A stretch of 64,000 nucleotides of DNA from Dimorphilus gyrociliatus (taxonomy: Eukaryota > Animalia > Annelida), in the NCBI GenBank assembly GCA_904063045.1, contig CAJFCJ010000003.1, forward strand, positions 434,001 through 498,000. The letters are read 5' to 3'. This document shows positions 49,361-62,279 of this stretch, piece by piece; within the stretch, counting starts at the first letter, position 1, and each line of letters starts with the position of its first letter. The notes under the pieces were generated by a model. The model was not told the origin of the DNA, made no database searches, and saw only the letters and a program-made list of their open reading frames with translations. A program made the translations under genes and the position numbers.

Positions 49361-50734
49361 TTGGGTCAGGGGCGTTTGATCACGTGACACTTGACGACAG
49401 AGAACCCTTAGGCTTTTTATCGTAAAGTTAATTATTTATGATTAATGTTTATAATTAATAAAAGCAATAAAAAATTATTTTTAATTAATATTTTTTAACA
49501 AATACTTCTTTAATTATTTTTTTCTACGATAATATGCGTTTTATTTGAAATCGCTCAATGGAACATTTAGCAGACGAGAAGTAAATAAAAATAACGGAAG
49601 CAACTTTACTTTTAGTTTCTCTACTATCACTTTTACGTCTTGTATTCCTTGGTAAAATATAGATTATACTACATATAAAATATAATCCAAATATTAATAT
49701 CAGTTATTGTTTTATATAAGTTTAAAACTTTTTAAATATCCCCTTTTCAGTTGTAGACGATCCTGACTTAAGGAATAACTACTGTCATAAATAGATATTG
49801 CGCAATATCTGGTAAAAATGTATAATAAAGTCGATTCAGTATTTTTTAGATCTATTTTTTACAAGCTTAATCGTAAAGGAAAACAGCTTTAGCAATATTA
49901 TCGACTGTAGATGGCCCATAAACAATATGATATAGAAAAGACAACTTTCCATAAGACCTATTTATCGACTTTGTTCTTTTTTAGATAAAGCTGTGAAAGC
50001 CTTAAAAGAGTTGTTATATTAAAAAAAAGACTATTGAAATCAATAAATGGAGGGAAGAGAAAAGAGCACACAATAAGCATTAGAGAGGAAAAATATAATT
50101 GTCTCCAAAGGTTAAGAGTAATTAAGGAAGGTATTATAAGGATATCTTTAAGAATTTTCACTATTTTTTTGAAAGAGAAATGATGGGATAATATTCCTAC
50201 TGCGTTATTTTCATTTATTGCAAATTTAAGAAATCTTATAAAATCTTCCCATTAATTTTATTCATATTACCACATACGTCAGTTTGTTAAGAGGTATTGA
50301 TCGCTCATATTGACCACTTTTTAGGCAGTATTTCATACAAATATATATATATATATATTTATAAATTTATATATATGATATTATTATTTATTAATATATT
50401 CAAATATATTAATATAACGCTCTCATTGGCTCATTTTGGAGGTAACAAAGTAGAAATCTATTACCAGTTATCAGCAAAGATAAAGATCTTCATTTCATAT
50501 CTTTCAATAGAAAAGATCATTTTAAGTAACGTTTATTTACTTTCAAAAGAAAACATATATTTAATATTGTGTTTATATAGATTTAACTTGTTGAAATGAA
50601 AATATACAATGAACATTATAGGAAGCCTTTTTCACAAACTATACAAAATATTAATATACGGTTCATAGGAGAAAATAGTCTTCCTAACAAGAACAATTTC
50701 ATCGACCGTTAATTTTCTTTTAGCTCCGTAGAAA

Positions 50735-50772
50735 CTAGCAATCATTGGGTTCATCGGAGAGGCCTATTTTTA

Positions 50773-50808
<36 letters not shown>

Positions 50809-52211
50809 TTATATATAGATTTATAAATAGTAATATAAGCAAATACATAAATTATTAAGTTAAAGAATGATAAATACTTACAATAAGTTGGTGATATAGT
50901 ACCATCTTTATAGGGACTACATGGGGGCGTTTTTCGCCGTCTTTTTATTTCTGCTACACTTGGAGATGAAGATACGAAAGGACTTTTACTAGAATTGTGA
51001 CGAGTCCACTTGTTTTGCTCAGATAAAAAATTTGCCATTGTGTAACCAGGACACTAAAAAGAGCAAAATATTAAATTATTAAATGGCATCCATTATGGAA
51101 TTTAAGCACTAAACATGTATAATTTCCGGTTCTTCTGTCAATTTAATAGTAATAGCGAACTAACCCTAGTTTGAAACAACCTTTTGCCACACTTAAACTT
51201 TCTTCCCTTTCCGATAAGTCTGGCTAAGCAGCTTTTAGCATTTAAAACGTGATCTAAATCCGAATCGGGCGCATTCTGTTCAACGTTTGTTCTTCTGGAC
51301 GAAGTATTTTCCCACCAAGGAATGACGCCACATGTTGTTCCACCTTCGTGAAAAAAGTCCGAATGTTCATCATCAGCCTCACGACCTTCATCGTTGGAAC
51401 AACTAAAAGTAGCGTCACTATCGCCTTCACTGTTTGATATTGAGGTTGAACTTTCTCTAGACATTTGATGGAGGAAGCGACTAAGCCTATTCTCTCCCAT
51501 TTCTTCAACATCTAAAGATTCACTATTATTTTCTCTATAGCCCCTTTTCCTTTTACCCGGTTGAATTGATATATGATTTTCTACGTCCATTTTAGAGTCT
51601 TCTTTTTTAGACGATTTTTTGTTTCTTTTCCCTTTAATATGACTTTGAACAGTAGCTTGATCCCGGGACGGTGATGGATCTACAGCCATTCGTTTATGCC
51701 TATTATTATACGAAATAAATATTAATTAAAAGTAAAAAATACATAATGACACGTGAAAAATAAAAAACTTGTTTAATTTAGAATTTTAACCTTCTTCTTC
51801 GCCTACAGATTCTTATAGGAATGCTTTCTGTTACACTATCACTCTCCACCAAAGATGAAAAAAAGTGTCGACTATGATGCATGCTCTGTTCGGTGTCTGA
51901 GTGTGTCATTGCTGATGATTTGGTGACCGCTTCATCTGGACTACTCTCTGAATGAACGTAACTAGTCGAATGTCTGTGCCGCCTTGCTGATCTACGCTTC
52001 TTTGAAACCCTCTTCGAAACTACGTTTAACAACCTGTAGTCAATTAAACTCTGATAGTAAAAATACAAACCACACCAATCATAACAAACCTTCCACTTCT
52101 CTCCTTTCCTATGCTCTCCTCTAGAGCATTCATTAAAGAATCCATGTTATGAAAGTCTTTGTTTAAAACATGGAGATTCTCAAGCTCACGAATCATATCA
52201 GCGTCTTCCAT
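50735..52211 (-). CDS. GPATCH2: GPATCH2/GPATCH2L-like protein; exons 52211-52090, 52033-51791, 51699-51165, 51053-50882, 50763-50735 (last exon uncertain)
   Basis: MDSLMNALEES, VESDSV, RRRRRHKRMAVD, EADDEHSDFFHEG..GVIPWWE and KRRRKTPP recall conserved blocks of the GPATCH2 family. No G-patch was found. Confidence 0.7.
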
Positions 52212-52742
52212 CCTAGATGATTCTAATACCAAGTATAATAAACAAAAGCCCGCCCCCAGCTGATGTAAACAAATCTTTCCAAAGTAATTTTTTCTTTAAA
52301 TGGTAATCCTGCTTGTTGTTTTGAATAAATATCGTAAAAGATCATTTAAGAAATAGATGCACAAGACAATTACATTCTAATTAAGCAATATCGTTGGGGA
52401 AAATGTTGTTGTAATCCCCGTGCAACACGCTTGTATACGCCATTTTGATATGACGCATTGGTACGACTAAATCAAAGTATGAACAATTCACAAGTATGTC
52501 ATTTAAAAAAAAAACATCTCCAGGTTTTAGCTTTTACAGGTTGTTAAAATGTAATTTTTTTGAAAAGTATGGTTAAGACTGATAAATTATATAATAGATA
52601 AGTTTTAAACTTGAACATTAAAATTGTCATGTATTGAGAGACTATTTCCAAAATTTATCATTTTCAGGTACCAGCAGCGCACAGTTTAGCATTATCCAAA
52701 ATAAGATTCTCTCCGTCAATATCACGTTTTTAAATATAAGAA
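52212..52742. promoter_or_regulatory. Bidirectional promoter GPATCH2-like/SDE2
   Basis: ~530 bp between divergent ATGs; reverse CCAAT (ATTGG) near 52456. Confidence 0.5.
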
Positions 52743-54465
52743 ATGCCTACAATTGCTATTCGTTATGCTTTTGGAAGACCTCAGGTTTTAGAAAAAATAT
52801 GTTTAGATGAACAGGATATGACCATATCGAGGCTTCTCTCAAAAACGTCTATTTGTTCGGTATGTTTAATCATATTGCCCTATTTTCGTGCAGTTCTCAA
52901 ATTTCGTTTCTTTCCAGACTTTTTCATCAAACAACTTTTACGTAACTCATAATGGTAAAAGATTGGAATCTAACACTAGATTAGACGAAAATAATATATA
53001 TACAATTGTTGGAAAGCTAAATGGCGGCAAAGGTGGTTTTGGTTCTTTATTGAGATCCATCGGAGCTCAGATCGAAAAGACGACAAATAAGGAAGCATGT
53101 AGAGATCTAAGTGGTAGACGAATGCGAGATTTAAAAAATGAACAGAGGTTTGTTCCTTTTATGTTTAAAACAACTTTAAAATAAATAACAACTACTAGTA
53201 CTGCTGTAGAATAGTAAATATATATAATTATTTCAGCATTAAAGAATGGATGAGTAAGGCAAAAGAGAGAGATGAGGAAGCCCAACAGAAGAAAGCGGAG
53301 AGAAAGGAACGTTTACGACGCGATTTTAAACATAAATTTGAAGATCCAAAATATTTCGAACAAAAGGATTTGGCAGTTGAAAGAATGGATGAAGCATTAA
53401 AATCTGGTACGATAATTGAATTGCTAGTTAAAATTAGTAGTTTGAATGTCAATTTCATTTAAAGGATTAGAGAAGGTCTCATCAACAACTGAGCCGGGTA
53501 CATCAGGTTTAAAGAGAAAATCGACAGATCAGCAAAAATCTTCTAAAAAGCTATGTGCTATGTAAGATATTTTGTAAAATTCATCTAGCAAAGTAAATTG
53601 CAGACTAACGTTGTGTTTTCTAAACAAAAAGGTTCGACGATTCTGACTTGAGTGAGAGTAATGATGAAATGGATGATGAAAAACCGGAAGAAATATCTGA
53701 AGATTCATCTGGGGCTAGTTCTAGTGATAAACCTCAAGATAATGCAGAAGCCAGTCCTGAGCGTAAAATCGAAGATTGTTCGGATAATTCGAGAGTTAAT
53801 AATGAATGCAAACCCGATAATAGCTCAGAAGTCAGTTCTCAAGATAAAACCGAGAATAATTTCGAGAAACAAAGTGAGAGCATTCCATCATCCAGCCAAA
53901 GTAAATAAGTATAGTTATTTTAAGAAAACGCCATGTAATCATTCAAAATTATCCTTGTAGCGCCTGAAAATGACTGTCATTTGTTGACGAAAGAGGCCAT
54001 CGTTGAGCCTGATTCTTCTACAGAGGCCCAACAAGTTAGTTCTACTAATACTGATGAAAACAAGATTGATGGACAAAACAAAGTTAAAGATAATGAAGAT
54101 AAAGCAGTTGAAAAGAAACTTGAAGACAAGGACACAAGACTATCGTCGTCAGTGGAAATCAATAAAAATGAACCTTCGAAGGAAACAGTTAGTTTTTCTA
54201 AACACTCTATTTCTTTATTTTTTTAGAGCAACTTTAATGTCGTTTTTATTTGTAGATAAAAGATATAGATTTATTATCGTATTCTAACGTAAAGGAACTT
54301 GAAGAACTAGGCTTGGATGTGTTGAAATTTGCTTTACAAAGTAGAGGATTAAAATGCGGTGGAACGCTTCAACAGAGAGCAGAACGACTCTTCTCAGTGA
54401 AAAACTTGAAACCTCATCAAATCGATAAATCTCTATTAGCAAAATCGAAGAATGCTAAGAAATAA
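52743..54465 (+). CDS. SDE2: SDE2 (ubiquitin-like N-terminus, GG|KGG cleavage site, SAP domain); exons 52743-52859, 52918-53147, 53237-53406, 53465-53561, 53632-53900, 53961-54187, 54256-54465
   Basis: KLNGG|KGGFGSLLRSIGAQIEKTTNKEACRDLSGRRMRD and C-terminal LEELGLDVLKFALQSRGLKCGGTLQQRAERLFSVK. Confidence 0.95.
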
Positions 54466-55055
54466 CCCATTTATTTAAAGTTTTTTTTATGTATATATAT
54501 ATATATATATATACTGCATACAGTATATATATATAATTAATTAATCATGTTGAACTATTATATAGATCTTTACTCTATAAACAAATATATTAAAAGATTA
54601 ATACATAAACCTTTTCTTTTCTTATACCCGCCATTATTGAGAATTATTAGAATGAGTGAAGTAGTTATTGTTCATGTATAAAAGTAAATATACTTATTAA
54701 CTTAAATACACTGCTATAACCAGATTAATGCTTCTTCGTTCATATTTCATTACACAATTGTGTCACCTTTAATATATTTTCTCTTTTAAACTCGTTTCAA
54801 ATACTTCACGTGTTCAATACATAAGTACACCACGTGCTTCTCTCTATAGGCCTAATCTCTACATTTGTACGTTTCAGTCCAAAAAGACTATTTCCACATA
54901 TGTAGGTATCATTAGCGAAATTTTTAAGTGTTACCATTCTTTTTTTGCCTCGTTTCAATTAGATCAAATACTTGAATTACATATAATCTAACTCTATTCA
55001 GTTCATTTTCTGCTCGACCTCTAAACAAGGCAAAGAAAAATTCAACCAACTTTCA

Positions 55056-55586
55056 ATGGGTTCTCTCAAGCTCTATTTTGCTGGGAGTATTCGAGGAGGC
55101 AGAAATGATGCCGAACTATATGCAAGATTGATTGAAAAATTGCAAAAATACGGAACTGTACTAACTGAACACGTTGGAAGCGACTCAAAAACGGAAGAAC
55201 TACGAAAAGAATTAGAATACAATGACGAATATATTCATAAAAGAGATATGGAATGGTTAGAAAGTTGCGATGCACTTATTGCCGAAGTTACTCAACCGTC
55301 AATTGGTGTTGGTTACGAAGTTGGTAGGGCGTACGCAATGAAAAAGTTGATTTTATGCCTTTATAGGCCTCACGAAGGAGCAAAAAGTACGTACAATTCT
55401 CAAATATATCTACTATTATTTGTAAATATTATTAAATGTGTCTATATTCAACTGATTGTTATTCATTTTAAAGGAATAAGTGCAATGATTTCTGGAGCTG
55501 TAAACGGTGAGAATTTCTTTGTAAAAAATTATCAAGAATCCGAAATTGACGGTATCTTTGAAGAATTTTTGTCGAAAATCAAGTAG
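55056..55586 (+). CDS. DNPH1: 2'-deoxynucleoside 5'-phosphate N-hydrolase 1 (RCL); exons 55056-55386, 55474-55586
   Basis: LYFAGSIRGGR, GTVLTEHV, IHKRDMEWL, AEVTQPSIGVGYEVGRA and ISAMISGA. Confidence 0.95.
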   Translation: MGSLKLYFAGSIRGGRNDAELYARLIEKLQKYGTVLTEHVGSDSKTEELRKELEYNDEYIHKRDMEWLESCDALIAEVTQPSIGVGYEVGRAYAMKKLILCLYRPHEGAKSTYNSQIYLLLFVNIIKCVYIQLIVIHFKGISAMISGAVNGENFFVKNYQESEIDGIFEEFLSKIK

Positions 55587-55600
55587 AGAGAGAAACTTCA

Positions 55601-56341
55601 TCAGTTAAGGAATCTTATACTCATCTTTTGTTCAACATCTACCTTTTGCATAACCTATATGTTTTAAACATAGAAAATGATGAATAAGTTGAATAAAATT
55701 TGAATAAATTTGATAAAATAGAAATAGAAATATGTAATAACCTTTTCAAAATCATCCCATCCTATTTTATCGTCATGATCAAAGTCCGCTTCAGCTAGTG
55801 TTCTATCAACTATACTGGCTAATTGTTCCTCAGATATATTTGTTCCGACCATCATATGGAGAACCGCCAAAAGTTCTTCACGTGTTATTTCGTTATCATT
55901 ACCGATGTCGTACATGTTAAACGCAAATCTTAATTTTGCCTGTCTATTATTCAGTTCATCAGCAGCGGTTGTCTTTTCTCTAGAGATTGGTCGGAATGTG
56001 GCAAGAACTTTCATAAAATTCTTAAAATTAACTCCTTCGGTATTCTCGGCGAAAAATGACTAAAATAAAGGAAAATATTATATATATGACCATATAAATA
56101 CAATATATAAGGATAGTATATAAAGATGTATACTAACTTGAATTATACGTTCACCCAAGGGATTAATTGCTAATTCTGGAATTCTTAGGAAATCTTCTCT
56201 ACTTAAATATCCCTTACTTCCTTTGTCCAGACAAGTGAATCTGCTATATAATCTGTTAATTTGATTTCCGCTAAATCCTGTTTTGTTTTCTATGTCAATT
56301 AATTCTTCATCTTGAAGAAGAACGGATGCTTTTGAACCCAT
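55601..56341 (-). CDS. CHP1: Calcineurin B homologous protein (EF-hand); exons 56341-56138, 56059-55742, 55654-55601
   Basis: MGSKAS myristoylation start, LYSRFTCLDK, LRIPELAINPLGERI, KLRFAFNMYD, EADFDHDDKI and KVDVEQKMSIRFLN*. Confidence 0.95.
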
Positions 56342-56734
56342 ATGTGGCTATGTTATTTTATGAATACCGTTTTACGTATTTGGTGCAATAGTGTGTGGGT
56401 AAGTCTAAATTCCGTGCGGAAGCTACCCTTATTTTTTATTTATTTGTTTTTGACTTTTTCTTATTGCATCATCGTAAACAGAAGAATTAAAACGAATCTA
56501 TAAGTTTTTTTCAACAAGGAGATTTCTACTTGAAATTTTTTTTATCTATTATCATAAGTCTTAATTTAAGATAGCAATACTCCATTTTTAAGAGCCTTTT
56601 GTTACTAATTCACCTTATCAGCCTACCGGTATCGAGATTACTAATGACGTGGTTAGTGAGATTCTATAGGTCTATCCTGTTTTAAACAGTACCGTTCCGT
56701 TGTAGGACGTTTATGCCATAACCAACGTCTTATA
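56342..56734. promoter_or_regulatory. Bidirectional promoter CHP1/Lunapark
   Basis: ~390 bp between divergent ATGs. Confidence 0.5.
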
Positions 56735-58253
56735 ATGGGTAATTTATTCACTTTTTTCAAAGTAAGCTTTATTGTGATTTTCTTCTACAAAATTTATCTT
56801 TTCCTTTACGATATTTCATGAAATAATTCCACTTTACAATGTATTCCTAATTTCGTGTTCTACCTTTCAGCACAAGTATTCTACTTTGGAAAAATTAGAA
56901 AGTCTCGAAAAGGTAACAAAATAAAACAACCTTTAAAGAAATATAATAATTGACTTTTTAATATTTTCATAAAATTTACCTTTTAGGAAATTCAATATTT
57001 AGAAAAGAACCATGAAAAATATATAAGGAGGGAGAGAGCCATAGTGTTCTACTTAATTGCCTATTCCGTTGTTATATATGTTACAACAGCATCACTATTA
57101 TGTATTTTCTACTTTCCAAAAGAGTGGAAGAAACGTTTAACATACTTGGCTCCATTCGTAATCTTTCCTGTATTGTATGTAAAACTTTAATAGAGTTTCC
57201 TTTAATAATAATAATAATTGTAAATTCGTCTATCTGTAGGATATGGTTTATAAAACGTTTCCTAAACTGGTATTTCATTCGTCGAGTAACGTTTACGGAT
57301 AGATCCCTTAAAAAGCGAAAAGAAGAGAAGCAGAAAATTGTAAGTATCTATTACGTATCTATCACAGCAAAGAAAGAAGTTCATCGATATATTATTTATG
57401 GATTATCTGATAATAAAATAATCAATTTAAAAACAAAATATACCTTTTCTTATATCTCTATTTAGCTAGAAGAAGTTAAAGAAAAGGAAACCTATAAAAG
57501 GGCGAAAGAGATTTTGGAAAAATACGATCCAGACTCTGTTCCATCTATTGAATTACCTGCATCAACTCCAGTTAAGAAATTGATAGATTATGACGGTCAA
57601 GGTAAAGTTTTTTATATTCTCTAACCAAATATGATGAATACATTTGTTTATATATAGAATTAAGAAAGAGGAGTAAAAGCGTTGATCAATCTACACCTTC
57701 AAAACCGTCTCCTAATGAAACACCACAGTTACATTCGAGTGAAGAAAGTGAAGTGGAAAAATCAAATGTCGGCGATGCTCAATCAAAACCTCCTCTGCCT
57801 CCAAACTGTACTACGCCAATTAAAGCCAAACCTATACCTGCTGCATTTTGCCCCCCACCACACCAAGTACCACTTCCAAGACCAATACTTCCAAGAGAAA
57901 GATCAAGTATAGAAAGAGTTATGGAGTGGATAGTTGGTGACGGCCCTCAAAATCGATATGCTTTAATTTGTAAAAAGTGCATTTCTCATAATGGAATGGC
58001 TTTAAAAGAAGAATTTGAATATATATCTTTCAGATGTTGCTACTGTTTTTATATGAATGAAGCAAGAAAAAAGCAAATGCACATTCCTAGGAAACTAGAA
58101 CCTACCGAAGCCAGCGTTCACGGTAAGTGAAGAATAAAGAATATCTTATTTACATATTAAAATATATCTTAATTCTTTTCAGATAAAAACACTAATATAA
58201 AAGAAAAGAAAGAAGATCAAATTGAAAAGAAATCAAGCGCTATAGAAACTTGA
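56735..58253 (+). CDS. LNPK: ER junction protein Lunapark; exons 56735-56761, 56871-56912, 56987-57174, 57240-57339, 57466-57601, 57658-58122, 58183-58253
   Basis: MGNLFTFFK N-terminus, two TM segments, EEVKEKETYKRAKEILEKYDPD, and zinc finger DGPQNRYALICKKCISHNGMALKEEFEYISFRCCYCFYMNEARK. Confidence 0.95.
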
Positions 58254-58478
58254 AATAATATTTTATAGCACTTTTTACTTTGCTTATTTATTAAGTCAAT
58301 ATTATGTGCTGCATGTTAATAATATAATAATCCGATTCGTCTTTCCGTCAATTATATTTTAAAAATTATAAAAAATGAAACAAATTATGAATATTATTAA
58401 CGCAATTTGTGTTTTAATATTAAAAAAGAAGAAAAGAGAGAGAATGAAAATCATTTTTTCTTTTTATTATTATTATTA

Positions 58479-59517
58479 TTACGTTTGCAACTTTAAATCA
58501 ATTAGAATTGTATTCAAGTCTCCACAAATGTTTTTAGATTCTTCATCTTCGCATATTTTCCTTAATCGACATATTTCCATTGTTTTTAGACCAATCGATC
58601 TACAACCTTTTAATTCGATCTTTCTAAGGGTTTTGTTATATTGTAGTAGAGTTCTGTGTTGAAAACAATTAATAAGAAGAAGAATTTGGGTTTGTTTTCT
58701 ATTTTAAAAGAATGAAAATATGACTAATAAACCTTAGAGATTGGTCACTTATCCTAAAACAATTCGTGATATTTAAATACTGTAGATATCTGCATTTTTT
58801 ACCAATTAATTCCAAGTTTGAATCGCTCAGCCAATAAGAATTTGACAAATTTAAATACTTCATTCTAAGTAATGAATTAGAAATGCTTAAATAGGCAAAA
58901 CAATTATTATTTAGCCTTTACCTTTGACAGTTGTTCAAGAAGAATGAAAAGGATTTATCATTTAGATTATTGCAATTTGCTATATCTAGATATTCAAATT
59001 TCCAAGCAACTTTTTGAATTAATTCCAAACTAGTAGAGGATATCCAATCCGAATTATTTATACTTAGTTTCTAATCATTTGAGAATGTTATGATCTATTT
59101 ATAACCTTCTTTTCAAATAAATTGTACATTTACCTTTAATTTTTGACAATTCTTTATCAGGTTTTCAATGCAATTATCAGTCAGCTGATTGCACGAGCTA
59201 ATATCAATACATTGCAATAATTTACATCTTCTTAAAAGGGGTGAAAGTAGATTATCGTTCAACCAACTTGAACAATTCCTCAATATAAGAACAGTCAGAA
59301 CTGAATTATTACTAGTTATCAGATAAAAACTCGATTCTGTTACTTTATTATAAACAATGCTCAAATCCAAACTTTTACTTCTTCTGAAATACTCATCAAT
59401 GCAAGCTCTAAAACTTTTGTTCAAACCTCTTAGATGAATATGATCCCTAATATCCAAATGAGGAAAAATGTGTTGAAATATAACGTCGTTCCATGGTAAA
59501 CGATCAACAAAACTCAT
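58479..59517 (-). CDS. FBXL15: F-box/LRR protein, FBXL15-like; exons 59517-59134, 59070-58922, 58864(or 58885)-58733, 58653-58479
   Basis: F-box DRLPWNDVIFQHIF, LRNCSSWLNDNLLSPLL, and several Cys-containing leucine-rich repeats. Confidence 0.8.
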
Positions 59518-60097
59518 AACCCTCGATTTAGCGAACAAAAAGAATTGTTCAAAAATGAGAGAATTCTCCAAATTATGCTTTCTTACTGGATAATAAAAGG
59601 CTTTTCACAATTGAAAATAGTAAATTACTATTACAAGAAGTTTATTTCATGTGAAATCTATTAAAATTGTTAAAAATTACCAAAAAGACAAAAGTATATT
59701 TAATAAAAAGGTTAATAAAAATTAAGAATAGAAAGATATAAACAATCGATGAAAGAGGATAAGCTTGAATGTTCAAATGCGAAATGCTCGAAAAAAATAT
59801 TATACCAGAAAGCAATAAATATAGTAATAATCAATTATGAAAAGTGAGATTTTCAATCATCAAGTATTATCAAAATAAAGTTTAATTTCAATACTAAAAC
59901 AATACAATGTACAATGTATATTTATACAGTGTATACAGTATATATTAGATAAGAGATGTAGGTGTTTTAACGAGTTTTTCCCTTCTTATTTTTAATTAAA
60001 AAAAAAGGAGGCGGTAAAGAAGAGAGGATATAGTTTATTTAATAAAGATTTAAGAGACCCCTAGTGTTAAACTATCAAAAATTGAAGTGTATTTTAA

Positions 60098-62279
60098 ATG
60101 ATGGCTTCCCAACTTGTAGTACCTCCATCAAAGCATACTCTATTCATTCGAGGTTTTGCCTCAAGTGTTGAAGTGGACGATGTTAGGTAATAAACAATAT
60201 TTTGAAATATATTATAAACTGAAATACTAATAGTTTTGTAAATTTTAGAAAATATTTTGAAAAAGAAACTGGTTTTTTACCAACAGTAGAATTCTTTAGG
60301 GAATCAGAAAATAGAGAATACTTATTCTTAGCTTTACGATTTGAAAGTAAAAGTTTGGCTAAAGAAGTTTTAGAAAGGTAAAAAAAAAGAAAAAGGTGTT
60401 TTTTCATGAAAAAGGAAAGTGTTTCTTAATGTAAACCTATGTAACAAAGATGCAAATTACGAAGATATATATATATATATATATATATTAATACAGTATA
60501 TACTAATATATACATATATATATGTGTGTAGATTTCAGACATACATTGAAAAAGAACAATGTAAAGAAAGGAGAAAGATTATCTCATTCACCCGATTTTA
60601 ATTAATCATGACAAAAGTATCAAATTCTCTAACAAAGAATAATACAAGTCATGAACTGCACGATCTGGAATGAACGTTGATACTTTAGTTGTGACAATTT
60701 TTTAATATAAAATCAAATAACAGCTAAAAATTTATGATAAAAAGACTTTTATTGAATGGTTCAACGTCTATTTTTACTTTAAAAAAACAAGTGTAATATG
60801 GTTAACAAATACTGAGATATTTCTTATTGCTATTATAGACACGAATGTATGAAGATGCATGATATAAATATTAATATTTTTCTGGTTTAGATATGATCAG
60901 GGAGAGATACTCGGCTATAGAGTATCTATCAAGTACTTTCGAGACATGCGAAAAGCCAGACAAAAGGCTAAGGAAATGTTTGAAAAAGGTCTAGGACCAA
61001 ATCCAAAAGAAATGACCAATTTTGATTTAGCTGGAAATGCTAGAGGTAGAACTTGCGGTGGAATTTTCTATAGAGGAAGAGGACGAAGCAATCAAAATGA
61101 AAGTCTGTATATATGTAACTATAACAGTTAATTTATTATGTTATATAGATGCTGGGGAGACAGGTACTTATGGTCGTAATATGGTGACTAATTCGAACTA
61201 TAGACGAAGTCATTATGACTATTCGTCAAGTAGGTCAAAATCATCATCTTATTCTAGTCCTTCCTCCTCTTCCGATTCAGAAAAGTCTAAATCTACAATG
61301 GAGAAAAAGATTAAAAAAAAGTAAATACAGCTTAAACTTAAAAATATAATATAAACAGTATCTAACATAAAAACAATAAACCAAAAGGAAAAGTAAAAGA
61401 AAGCATTCAAGATCGAAATTTTCAGATAAATCATCGGATGGATGCGAAACAAGTAAGAGTATTTCAATTATCCCTTATGTTTTATTCTTTTCAATGAAAT
61501 ACATATAATCATTTAACATTGCAGAAAAAGATAAATCCGACTTTTTTAGCATTGAACAAGGACAAGGCGTTAATAAACATTCAACAGAAAATAACTTTTA
61601 TCGTGGTTACTCTTCAAATGATCATGTAAAACTTTTACATAAAGAAGATAAAGATAAAGTAACATTCTCTAATATTGATCAGTAAGAGATGAATACTATT
61701 GTATATACATATGCATATATCTTTCTATATTGATAATTTTAATTGAAAACTTAGACTTAACCTTCAAAAAACCAATACAATTAGAACAAAGCAAGACGTT
61801 GCAGCAATGGTAAAACAGATATATAATTTATTCATTTCTATATACATATATACATTTATACATATATATGTATATGTGCCTGGAAATATAATTAGAGATT
61901 GATAGGCTTATCAATTTTTATTGAAAAATTACAGGATATTGAACAGACTCTTAATGAAGAAGGTGAAACATTTGGTATGAGTTCGACTAAATTAGCTATG
62001 GTTAAACAGAAGAAAGAAGAAATTGAACAGAGTTACAAACAGGATTGTGAAACATTTGCGGCCGTTGTCAAAATGCTTATAAGGTTTGTACATATCTATA
62101 TATGTATATGTATATAGACATGAGTATACAGATATTTATTGAAATAATAATGCACATATAGTAAAGATCATTCACTAGAAGATAAACTTCAACAATCTTT
62201 AAGAGATAATCTTAAGGATATTGGTCAGAGATGTATTCATGAATTGAAGGAGTATATTGAAAATTTAAAACCAGAATGA
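60098..62279 (+). CDS. PPHLN1: Periphilin-like protein with N-terminal RRM; 9 exons: 60098-60186, 60249-60377, 60891-61102, 61149-61320, 61388-61452, 61525-61681, 61755-61809, 61935-62083, 62162-62279; 381 aa
   Basis: C-terminus EIEQSYKQDCETFAAVVKMLISKDHSLEDKLQQSLRDNLKDIGQRCIHELKEYI matches the periphilin C-terminal domain as I recall it. N-terminus TLFIRGF...LFLALRFESKSLAKEVLERYDQGEILGYRVSIKY has an RRM pattern. 1146 nt, phases consistent. Confidence 0.85.

Noticed and set aside
55387-55473. DNPH1 read-through as a single 176-aa ORF
   Set aside because: The 87-nt stop-free segment has GT-AG ends and interrupts the conserved ...GAKRISAMI alignment, so it is treated as an intron.
58886-58921. 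Apparent 36-nt ultra-short intron in FBXL15
   Set aside because: An in-frame acceptor at 58865 gives a normal 57-nt intron.
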